NCBI GenBank assembly: GCA_963783355.1
Contig: CAWANF010000009.1
Coordinates: 2,290-66,289, forward strand
Origin: an uncultured bacterium
Lineage (GTDB): Bacteria > Bacteroidota > Rhodothermia > Balneolales > DATFMH01
Direction of reading: 5' to 3'
Length of the DNA stretch: 64,000 nt
Positions 12,442 through 21,906 of this stretch are shown in pieces. A program made the translations under genes and the position numbers. The notes beneath the pieces are model-generated. The model had not been told where the DNA came from. It made no database searches and saw nothing but the letters and a program-made list of their open reading frames with translations. Position 1 is the stretch's first letter; every line of letters starts with the position of its first letter.

Positions 12442-12663
12442 ATGCGCAATGGATTGCTTCTGGGGTTGGTTTCGGCTGTGCTGGTCGCCGGCTGCACCTC
12501 CAAAGACAAGAACCCGTCCTGGAACCCCGCGACCCAGTACCCCGACTGGGCGTACAACGCGCCGGTCTACTATCAGCCGGTGCAGGAGCTCACGCCGCGC
12601 GAGAAGGTCGGCAAGGCCCAGATTCCGAACAAGATGCAACTGAACCAAGTACACATAACATAA
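12442..12663 (+). CDS. small lipoprotein fragment, 3' end replaced at the composition junction
   Basis: MRNGLLLGLVSAVLVAGC lipobox. The last roughly 10 codons (MQLNQVHIT*) lie in AT-rich DNA. Confidence 0.45.
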   Translation: MRNGLLLGLVSAVLVAGCTSKDKNPSWNPATQYPDWAYNAPVYYQPVQELTPREKVGKAQIPNKMQLNQVHIT

Positions 12664-14014
12664 CGATGCATTGTCGTGGTAATCCCAAAGGTCTGAAGGT
12701 TGCTGTTTGTATCAATTTATTATCGACGATTCTAAATTCAAGCCAGGCATCGCCCGGCAATTTCATTTCAGCAAACAGAACTAAACGCCCCTCGCTTTTA
12801 TCTGCATATAATACTCTCCAAAAATCTAATGCGTCTCCTGTGTTTAAACTATTTTCCGAAGTACGTCCTCTTCTTAAACCAACTCCACCCGCCAGCTTAT
12901 CCAGAAAGCCTCTAATTTTCCATAGCCAGTTTCCATAATACCACCCGTTTTTGCCTCCAATGCTCCAGATTTTGTTGATACAATCATCCCGATCGGCAAA
13001 AGCTTTTTCTCTAATGTCTTTATAACAACCAAAAGACGGCACTTGAATAAACTCTGAAATATTAAAATCGGAACCACTGCTTATGAAAGCATCTCTCCAG
13101 CTGGAGACTACTTCGTTTCTTTCCATTTTACTCAAAGCTCTCCTCAAAGCCGTTTGGTAACTCATGGGGTGTATTCCCAGTATGTTATTTATATCACTGT
13201 TTCGGCAAACCACTTCTATTTTCATGCTGTCGACTAACGCAATAGCGAGTTTGTAGGACGTTGATGTTACAAAATACAGCCAATACGAAGAAATTTTGGG
13301 CGTCATTACCGGGACTGTAAAAATATAGCGTTTTAAATTTCTTATACGGCTAAATTCTAAGAGCATTTCTTTGTACGACAGTATATCGGGGCCGCAAATG
13401 TCAAAATCTTTATTATAAGTCCCTGGATTTAGGATTGTTTGTGAGAGAATTGTTATAACATCCGATATTCCTATTGGCTGACATTTGGTATTTAGCCATT
13501 TAGGCGTAATCATAACAGGAAGTTTTTCTACCAAATCGCGCATTATTTCAAAAGAGGCGCTTCCTGAACCAATAATAATCCCGGCTCTTAACGTGGTTAA
13601 ATTATAGGTACCCTTGCTGAGTTCTGTTTCAACATTTTTTCGTGAAGCCAGGTGTTTCGACAGTACGGTTTCATTTACGATTCCACTTAAATAAACAACA
13701 TGCTGTACCCTGGTTTTATTAATAGCATTTCTGAAATTCTCTGCAGATTGCTGATCCAGCAATTCATAGTCGGATGATGCCGACATGGAATGAACCAAAT
13801 AAAAAGCTCCATCAATATCTTTTGGAATATTTTCCAGCGAGGCTACGTCTAACAAGTCAACCTGAATGATTTTAATTTTCGACTTCAGGGATTCCGGGGG
13901 ATTAAATCTTTTTATGTCTCTGACACAGCAAATGACCTCATGTCCATTGTCAACCAATATAGGGAGAAGTCGTTTTCCAATGTACCCGGTTGATCCCGTA
14001 AGTAGTATTCTCAT
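12590..14014 (-). CDS. SDR-family NAD(P)-binding protein with DUF2867-like C-terminal domain, 3' end truncated at the junction
   Basis: MRILLTGSTGYIGKRL Rossmann motif and AEMKLPGDAWLEFRI...FRPLGL. After about 12690 all three frames stay open and read into GC-rich DNA (…SCSESGPCRPSRAA*). Confidence 0.7.
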   Translation of the reverse strand: MRILLTGSTGYIGKRLLPILVDNGHEVICCVRDIKRFNPPESLKSKIKIIQVDLLDVASLENIPKDIDGAFYLVHSMSASSDYELLDQQSAENFRNAINKTRVQHVVYLSGIVNETVLSKHLASRKNVETELSKGTYNLTTLRAGIIIGSGSASFEIMRDLVEKLPVMITPKWLNTKCQPIGISDVITILSQTILNPGTYNKDFDICGPDILSYKEMLLEFSRIRNLKRYIFTVPVMTPKISSYWLYFVTSTSYKLAIALVDSMKIEVVCRNSDINNILGIHPMSYQTALRRALSKMERNEVVSSWRDAFISSGSDFNISEFIQVPSFGCYKDIREKAFADRDDCINKIWSIGGKNGWYYGNWLWKIRGFLDKLAGGVGLRRGRTSENSLNTGDALDFWRVLYADKSEGRLVLFAEMKLPGDAWLEFRIVDNKLIQTATFRPLGLPRQCIVMLCVLGSVASCSESGPCRPSRAA

Positions 14015-14214
14015 TTATTTTTTAATTAGAGACAACGGTTTTTGTATGAATGAATCGGAGCGGATTTCCGGAATGATTTTGTGGTTGAAGGACATGGAAG
14101 AGCGATGCTGGATTCGGCACCCGTCACACCAACGAACCCGCTATAAAATTTTCACTTTGTTAGCGAGCCGTACTTTTAGTTTTACTTTTGTGTCATTCAA
14201 TATTAATAATCAAT

Positions 14215-14709
14215 TTATTTACTACCGGATTTTAGCTTTTCAATTTCCTGTTTCCAGCCTCGCCTGTTTCCTACTACAAATTTTTCTTTTTGTCCGTCAA
14301 ATTTTATGATTGCAAGTCCATTGGGAACAAGTCCGAGAGTGTTGTAGAAACTTACTTCTTTTATCTGTTCAATGCTTATACTTAGTCCGTGGTTTTGAAT
14401 GTTGAAACTGTGAGACTGAAATTGAAGTTTATCTGTAAGCAGGAAGAGTTTACCACCAACTGCTTCACCATGGATAAAGTGATTAGCTCCTCCTGAACGA
14501 ATGACAGGTTTGCCATCAGGATTTTCAATTTGTGTTTGTTTTTTAACTATCCTGGAAGTGACAAAGAAATACATGGCTGCTCCAAAAGCAAATCCTGAAA
14601 TCGGTCCTGCGATTAAGGCGTAATGAGCACCAAACCAAACTGCAAGAAAAAGTCCGGACAAAAGTCCGAAAGTAAGTCCAGCCCAAATTGAGTTTCGAAT
14701 TTCCGTCAT
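14215..14709 (-). CDS. membrane protein with GRAM/PH-like C-terminal domain
   Basis: 164 aa intact ORF with two N-terminal TM helices, then GGKLFLLTDKLQFQSH...ISIEQIKEV. Confidence 0.55.
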   Translation of the reverse strand: MTEIRNSIWAGLTFGLLSGLFLAVWFGAHYALIAGPISGFAFGAAMYFFVTSRIVKKQTQIENPDGKPVIRSGGANHFIHGEAVGGKLFLLTDKLQFQSHSFNIQNHGLSISIEQIKEVSFYNTLGLVPNGLAIIKFDGQKEKFVVGNRRGWKQEIEKLKSGSK

Positions 14710-14759
14710 TTTTAAAATAGTTTTTGTTCTCTTGTTTTAGTTCTTATTTGTAATTCAAT

Positions 14760-15115
14760 TCAAGTTAGCATCATCGCCATAACATAACCGCTAACGGTCT
14801 AAAGCTAAGAGGCGTCTTTTAATATGTAATTTAGCAGACAAAACGAAAAATCCGAATCGAAGTCCTTGAAAAGGCTTGTCGAAAAACGTCGCACCGAAAC
14901 GCTGGTTAGGCCCGGATGCCCTGCACGACATACAGACTTTAAAAAGTTTATACCCACGAACAGAATTTATCAGGAATCCGCAACGGTCACTTGCAAGTTG
15001 TCGTTGCGGATTTCGAAGAGCGTCAGTGTCCGATAGGACATGACGGTCAAGAAAGGAGCAGAGACAACGCACCGCACGAACCCCGCAATGCAATTTGCAA
15101 TTTGTTAGCATTCGT
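14760..15115. other. GC-rich (about 50-55%) hairpin-dense non-coding element; candidate structured RNA of unknown class
   Basis: Only a Cys/Arg-rich spurious ORF (14791-15111) covers it. An 11-bp perfect hairpin aatccgcaacg...cgttgcggatt lies at about 14975-15012. A 10-bp bulged hairpin cgtcagtgtcc-gata-ggacatgacg lies at about 15021-15045. GTTAGCAT occurs at both ends. Confidence 0.3.
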
Positions 15116-15119
15116 TTTT

Positions 15120-16079
15120 TTAGTCAATTTTGAATGCCTTAATAATTGTGCCATCGGAATTATATCCAATGATTTTGTTTTCTAAATACTCAGTCATTTT
15201 GATTTTTTCTTCATTATTTGGGAGGACTTTAATAAAATCATAAATTTGTTCCCAAGTCAAGCGGAAAAATTTCCCCTCAGAAGTTTCTATAATATGATAG
15301 CCAAAGTCTGATTCAATTTCGTTATCTCGAGATTGCATTACTAAACTATAAAATTCAAAGTCTATTTTAAGTTGCTTTGCAATACAATTTCCAAGCAACC
15401 AAAATCGCACAAGTTCGTATCTCTTTTCCTTAATTGCGATGGTTTCATAGTTTGATTTGAATATTTGCGAAAACAATTTATTACCACCAGTTTCGTATTT
15501 TTTCTTGTTTCGGAGGTCGCTTGGTTTAGTTTCATTTGGAGCTGTTAGTTTTGCTTCAATGAAATACAATACCTTGTCTGTCTTTATTATGATGTCTGGC
15601 TCTGAACCTCTTGCAATTGTTTCACCAAATTCAATTCTCGCTTTATTCAAAAGTTCCCAATTTGATTTTTCTCTTGGTGAGTATGACCATAAAATTAACT
15701 CTGTTTCTTTTATTTCTTTTTGAGATAATTGTGAAAGAAAATTTGGCAGAAGTTTTTGTCTATCAAGGTATCTAAACACATTCCAAGTCAATGCATCTTC
15801 ACTGTTATCTCTTGCGAGACGGCTTTCTCTTTTGACTTTTTTTATTTCATTAAATAAGTCTTTGTCAATACTGTCATACCACAATAGGTTTTTTTGCTCA
15901 GTTTCATACTCAAAAGTCGAAGGTGAAATAAAAATCTTATGGATGGGGCAGTAGAATTCTTGTTCTCTTTTAAAGGAAACTCTTTGTCTTTTAACTTTCT
16001 CAGAACAATCTTTCACAGGGCAGTCAACAGACTCGTCATCAATATTAATTGTTAATTTTAAATCTTTTAGTCCGTACAT
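15120..16079 (-). CDS. PD-(D/E)xK-type nuclease with N-terminal CCCH zinc ribbon
   Basis: 319 aa. CPVKDC...YCPIHK, then NSEDALTWNVFRYL, then EPDIIIKTD...VLYFIEAKL (the E...D...ExK pattern). The gene is about 30% GC with about 400 bp of non-coding DNA on each side. Confidence 0.6.
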   Translation of the reverse strand: MYGLKDLKLTINIDDESVDCPVKDCSEKVKRQRVSFKREQEFYCPIHKIFISPSTFEYETEQKNLLWYDSIDKDLFNEIKKVKRESRLARDNSEDALTWNVFRYLDRQKLLPNFLSQLSQKEIKETELILWSYSPREKSNWELLNKARIEFGETIARGSEPDIIIKTDKVLYFIEAKLTAPNETKPSDLRNKKKYETGGNKLFSQIFKSNYETIAIKEKRYELVRFWLLGNCIAKQLKIDFEFYSLVMQSRDNEIESDFGYHIIETSEGKFFRLTWEQIYDFIKVLPNNEEKIKMTEYLENKIIGYNSDGTIIKAFKID

Positions 16080-16493
16080 GTATGTGTCTGTTTTTAAATA
16101 AATACTAACAACGGCATACTACCAACTATATCCATGTTATCCCTGCTTCGTACGTAAGTTTAATTCACGTTAATATCCTAATAACGAGGATAAAATGAGG
16201 AAAACGGAGTTAATATCAAAGTACGAACAAAAAATACGCTGAATAATTACAGCGATTGCACATTGCGGGCTTATCTTAATGGTTTAACTATTTTCCCGGA
16301 TTATGATAACGGTTCGTCATTGCAAATAAGCTACTTGTCTTACTTCGGGAATAGATTAGCGGGTAAAAACCAATAGCGTCCAAAACAACTAATAATAAAT
16401 ACGCATGTTACGAATATCAGAAAATGTTCATCTTTGGTCAGGCCGCCGGTATTAAACGATGTTCGTTCGCTGAATATTTACATACAACAAGTT

Positions 16494-17579
16494 TCAACAG
16501 GTCTTATAAATGACGGCATTTATATTCATTCCCGCTCCAACGGATGCAAAAACAACGGTATCTCCTTTTTCAATTTTGTGTGGGGGCAACTTTTCTTTTA
16601 CTATGAGATCCAATAATGTCGGCAAGGTTGCTACCGAAGAATTACCCAGCTTCTCAATGGTCATCGGCATGATGTTTTCCGGCAAGTCAGTGATATCGTA
16701 AAGGCCGTAAAATCGTTTTAATATTTCAGCATCCATTTTACCGTTCGCCTGGTGTATCAGAACCTTTTTTATTTCTTCAATTGGAATAGTACTCTTCTCA
16801 AGACAATCTTTGATTGCCTGTGGAACCCTCTCAAGAGCATATTGATATAGTTTCCGGCCTTTCATCTTCAAATAAAGATCATCCTGATTTTTATGATCCG
16901 TTTTGTAAGATTTGCCCATATATAACATCTTCGAATATAAATAGGTGTCCGAACGAGTTTTATGAGCAAGTATGCCAATGGGTTTGTCACTATTTCTTGC
17001 TTCCAGGACAACAGCACCGGCACCATCGGCATACAACATGCTGTCCCTGTCGTGAGGATCGGAAACCCTTGATAACATTTCTGCCCCGATAACCAGAATC
17101 TTTTTGGCATCTCCTGATTTTATGTAATAATCGGCCTGGATAACGCCTTGCAGCCAGCCGGGACACCCAAAAGGTAAATCATAAGCAATGGTTTCCGGAT
17201 TTTTTATTTCCAGTTTATGTTTTACACGGGCTGCCAGGCTTGGAACCATATCTAACTGATTGTTGTCTTTTCTGACATCCCCGAAATTATGCGCGACAAT
17301 AATATAATCTAATTCTTCTTTATCGATTTTCGCTGAATTAATAGCTTCAACGGCAGCATAATAGGCCATGTCGGATGTTACCAGGTCGTGGGTTGCGTAT
17401 CGCCTTTCTTTGATAGTAGTTATAGCCAGAAATTTTTCGATGATCTCTTTGTTCGGTTTATCCAGTTTCGATTCCTTTTGAATCATAAAACCGGTTATTT
17501 AAGAAATCTTTGTTTTTGATACGTTTTGAGGGGATGTAACTTCCGGTACCGGAAATCACACTATAGATACTACCATTCA
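16494..17579 (-). CDS. beta-ketoacyl-ACP synthase III family (FabH-like), single frame change near 17470-17482
   Basis: N-terminus MNGSIYSVISGTGSYIPSKRIKNKDFLNNRFYDSKG from ATG 17579 lies in another frame. The rest is ORF 16494-17486 with FGCPGW, HQANGKM and GNSSVATLP. Confidence 0.8.
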
Positions 17580-17934
17580 TAATTTTCAAACAGGGCTATT
17601 AGATGATTAAAGACAACGTAATCGTAGTATATAAAATATTTTTGGTTTAATTACACAAGAAAACAGTATTTAACACAACTTTTTAAAGCAGATCGACGAT
17701 GTTATTTAGAATACAGGAAGTTTGTTGTCAGGAGTAAGAACAGATACGGTCCTAACGGGCCGGGACAGGATAAATAAGGATTTTCGTTCCGTTTCTTCTG
17801 AAATCTGACTCCTGTTTTCTGTGTTCTCAACAAGAATGTAAAAAGTGCGAATCTTGTGATTAATTTTATCTTCTGATTTTTATCCCGCCTCTTTTATATT
17901 GACGCATTACAGATCAACAAATCAATTTTTAACA

Positions 17935-20900
17935 ATGCAAAATAGCTGGCAAATTTGGGTCGATACGGGCGGGACCTTCACCGATTGTCTTGCGGTAACT
18001 CCAAATGGTAATCCGAAACGATGTAAAGTTCTAAGCAACAGTTCATTACGCGGAACCATCACCAGACAACTTACAGATAATGTATTCCAAATTCATGAGG
18101 AGTGGGATGCCCCAAAAGATTTTATCAAAGATTTTTCCTTTCGGCTTTTGACTGATCAGCACCCCGAAATTTCAGTTCAGTCATACGATCCGGAAAAACA
18201 TATCCTGGAAATTTCATCATCGTTGCCAATAAAGCCGGGACAATCATTTGAAGTTGTCAGTCCGTATGAATCGCCTGTTCTTGCCGCCCGCCTGGTAACC
18301 CGGACATCCTTTGGAGAACAGCTTCCACCCATTAAAATGCGGCTGGCCACCACCAAAGGCACCAATGCCTTACTCGAACGGAAAGGCGTTCCTGTTGCAT
18401 TCTTCGTCACCCGGGGTTTTGGCGATCTCATCCTGATTGGAACCCAGCAGCGTCCCGATTTATTCACGCTCGATATTCATAAACCACAACCTCTTTATGA
18501 AGCGGTTGCAGAAGTTGAAGAACGCCTGGATTCCGATGGAAATGAAATTATTCCATTTAATTCGACTGAATTCGAAAAACGTGCAAAATCTTTTTTTGAA
18601 CAAGGGATAAAATCCGCCGCTATTTGTTTTTTGCATAGTTATAAAAATTCAGGACACGAACATCAGGCGAGGGAGATTCTTCAGAAAATCGGCTATCAGC
18701 ATATATCCTGCTCTTCCGATTTGGCTCCATTTATTAAGATTTTGCCCCGGGCGGAAACGTCCATTTCCAACGCATATCTTGCCCCTGTCATCGATAAATA
18801 TCTCGAAGCCGTTTATAGTGAAATTACCGATGGTTCACTGCACATTATGACCAGTGCCGGCGGCCTGGTGGGAATCGATTCGTATCGAGCCAAAGACAGC
18901 TTGCTGAGCGGTCCGGCCGGCGGGGTTGTTGGCGTTGCCCGTAGCGGTGAATCTTCCGGCTACCAACAGCTTATTTCATTTGACATGGGCGGAACCAGTA
19001 CCGATGTTTCCCGATACGACGGTGATTTTGAATACCAGTTTGAACATGTGGTCGGGGATGCACACCTTGTTGCCCCGGCCCTGTCCATTGAGACCGTTGC
19101 TGCCGGTGGTGGCTCTGTTTGTTCTTATGATGGATTCAAATTAAGCGTGGGACCCGAAAGTGCCGGTGCCTTTCCCGGTCCGGCCTGTTACGGAGCCGGC
19201 GGACCCCTGACGCTCACCGATATCAATCTCCTGCTCGGCCATCTCGACACCTCCCGTTTTGGCATCCCGGTTCAAAAAGAACCTGCCCAAAAACAATTGG
19301 AGACAATGGCCGAACAGCTCCGGAAGAAAAACCAGGATAAGGTTAATAATGAAGAAATTCTGACCGGGTTTCTTGAAATTGCCAACGAACGCATGGCCGA
19401 CGCCATCCGGAAAATATCGTTGCGAAAAGGCTATGATCCTCATCATTATACCATGGTGGCATTTGGCGGTGCCGGTGGGCAACATGCCTGCGGAGTGGCG
19501 GATCGGCTCGGTATGAAAACCATTCTGCTTCCCGCTAATGCCGGTTTATTAAGTGCGTTCGGATTAGGTAAAGCTGTAATTGAACGATTCAGCGAGTTAC
19601 AAATCCTGAAAACATTTGATTCCTTTTTGCCCAATTTCGATCAAAGCATCGATCAACTTTGTAAGGAAGCCTCCGGTAAAGTCAGGAATGAGGGAATCCC
19701 GGATGATGAAATCTTAATCCGCCGGATTATCGTAAATATGCGTTTCCAGGGACAGGAATCAACGCTTCCCATCGATATCCGAATTGATGAAAAAGCAAAA
19801 CTGGTTGATTTGTTTCGGGAACGTTACACGGCGGTATACGGACACTGGACAGAAAATCGCGGTATCGAGATTGAATCAATACGTGTTGTGGCCTCTTCAA
19901 CTCCTGAACCCCCGGCTAAACCTTCTGGCAAAACCAAATCCTACAAACCTGAATCGCATCATTCGATCCAATCCTATTTCTATAATGAATGGCTGGATGT
20001 TCCGGTCTATTTTCGGGAAGAATTGAATGAGGGTGCATGGATTGAGGGTCCGGCTCTTATCCTCGACCGCTTCAGCACAACCGTGATTAATCCGAACTGG
20101 AACGTCAGTGTTGATCATACTTATTCGCTGATTCTTCAAAAAACCGAAAACCGTACAAAATCACTTTCCACGGAAAATCCCGAAGCCGTAAACCTTGAAT
20201 TGTTCACCAACCGTTTTTCTGCCATTGCTTCCGAAATGGGAGAAATGCTTCAGCGTACCGCCTTGTCGGTGAATGTAAAAGAACGTCTCGATTTTTCCTG
20301 CGCCTTGCTGGATGTGAATGGTGATTTGGTCGTAAATGCCCCGCATATCCCGGTTCATCTCGGAGCTATGGGTATATGTGTGAAGAAACTAAAGGAATCG
20401 ATTGTATTTGAACCCGGGGATGTGATAGTTACCAACCATCCCGGCTATGGTGGTTCCCATTTACCGGATATTACCGTCGTTACCCCGGTGTTTTTAGATG
20501 AAAAACAATTAATCGGATTCACCGCCAGCCGCGCCCATCATGCCGAAGTAGGTGGCAGCCGTCCCGGATCCATGCCTCCACAGGCTAAAACACTGGCCGA
20601 AGAAGGAATCGTTATCCCGCCGGCTTATCTTATCAAACGCCATGAACCGCAATGGGATGCCATTCGCGACATCTTCACAAAATCAAAATACCCGACGCGT
20701 GCTCTCGACGATAACCTGGCCGATCTTAACGCCGCGATAGCCGCCAACAATCGCGGTTCGGAATCTTTGATACAAGCTCTGTAAGCAGGAAACAACGGAG
20801 CGTGTTAATTATTATATGAACCGGCTTAAAGATTATGCCGAAGAACGCATGCGTGAAACTCTCAAACAAATTCCTGACGGACTTTATAAAGCCACCGAAT

Positions 20901-21733
20901 TACTGGATGACGGCACTCCTCTTCAGGCCACTATTCATATCCGCGCTGACGAAGCTATTATCGATTTTACCGGTTCCGGAGCGCAACATCCCGGAAATCT
21001 TAATGCCACTCCGGCCATCGTCAACAGCGTTGTCATTTACGTGCTTCGCCTGTTAGTTGACGAGCCACTGCCACTGAATGAAGGATTGATGAAGCCGGTG
21101 ATGCTTCATATTCCGAATGGAATTTTAAATCCTGATTTTAATGCAGATCCGGAAAATTGTCCGGCGGTCGTTGGGGGCAACACGGAAACGAGCCAGCGGC
21201 TTGTCGACACTTTGCTGAAAGCGTTCAAAAAATCGGCCTGCAGCCAGGGTACCATGAATAACGTATTATTCGGCAACGATTCATTCGGATATTACGAAAC
21301 GGTGTGCGGAGGATGCGGTGCCGGACCCGGTTTCGACGGAGCATCGGCGGTACATCAGCACATGACCAACACGCGCATCACCGATCCGGAAATCATGGAG
21401 CATCGATATCCGGTTCGATTAAATAAATTCGGGATAAGACAACATTCCGGTGGTTATGGGAAACACCGTGGTGGTGACGGTACGGTTCGGGAAATCACTT
21501 TTCTGGCCCCGGTATCCCTTTCCGTTTTGACCCAGCATCGGGTCACGATTCCTTACGGCATGGAAGGTGGTGATGACGGGATGCTCGGCGAACAATTTGT
21601 GATTCGAAATAATGGAGAACGAATAAACTTACAATCCATCGACGGATGTGAAATGGCTCCCGGCGATACATTTACCTTATTAACTCCCGGAGGCGGAGGT
21701 TATGGGAAACCGGATGAGAAAACCAGTAACTAA
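17935..21733 (+). CDS. fused 5-oxoprolinase/hydantoinase (HyuA-HyuB fusion, about 1265 aa), single frame change near 20771-20776
   Basis: MQNSWQIWVDTGGTFTDC and FDMGGTSTDVS (A part). ELFTNRFSAIASEMG...ERLDFSCALLD (B part). ORF 20816-21733 continues the B part. Its frame upstream reads YKACKQETTERVNYYM. Confidence 0.85.
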
Positions 21734-21847
21734 GGTACAAAGCTATAGAAGCACAGAGCAGGAAACGAATAGAGCCTGGCATATTTTGTGATTTGAATTT
21801 TATTTCTATTAGTCTTATTCCACTTTTTTTAGTAACTGTTTAATTAA

Positions 21848-21885
21848 CTTTGTGCCTTTGCCTTTGCCTTTGTGCCTTTGCCTTT
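21848..21885. repeat. TGTGCCTT/TGCCTT mixed tandem block
   Basis: tttgtgcctttgcctttgcctttgtgcctttgccttt followed by aaaaaaa. Same unit family as the repeat at 51181-51284. Confidence 0.8.
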
Positions 21886-21906
21886 AAAAAAATTAAAATT
21901 AATGGC

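Noticed and set aside
1-12630. Frame changes read as programmed ribosomal frameshifting.
   Set aside because: There are far too many, they occur in unrelated genes, and they have no slippery-site or pseudoknot pattern. One readable case is a homopolymer length change.
12400-12900. The GC jump read as a horizontally acquired genomic island boundary.
   Set aside because: Genes on both sides are cut and fused out of context. No tRNA, integrase or direct repeats lie at the boundary. The two sides also differ about 25-fold in frame-break density per kb. Concatenation or chimera fits better.
14791-15111. 106-aa minus-strand ORF inside the GC-rich element.
   Set aside because: The composition is Cys/Arg-rich and not protein-like, with no motif. 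It is probably open by chance in locally GC-rich DNA.
14760-15115. The GC-rich element read as RNase P RNA, tmRNA, SRP RNA, group II intron domain V or a hammerhead ribozyme.
   Set aside because: There are loose resemblances (CACGAACAGAA, AUCCGGGCC, CUGAUAA). However, the conserved cores (GAGGAAAGUCCGGGC, CGGCUUA, a tRNA-like 3' end with UCCACCA, CUGAUGA) are absent or in the wrong order.
15082-16269. Inverted 9-mer CCCGCAATG (15082-15090) / CATTGCGGG (16261-16269) flanking the nuclease gene, as possible transposon ends.
   Set aside because: A 9-nt match between two 400-bp regions is expected by chance about once. The extension is imperfect and no target duplication is seen.
21734-21906. A possible Mn riboswitch (yybP-ykoY) upstream of the Nramp gene.
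   Set aside because: The conserved GGGGAGUAG-type core and four-helix layout are not visible. The region is dominated by simple repeats.
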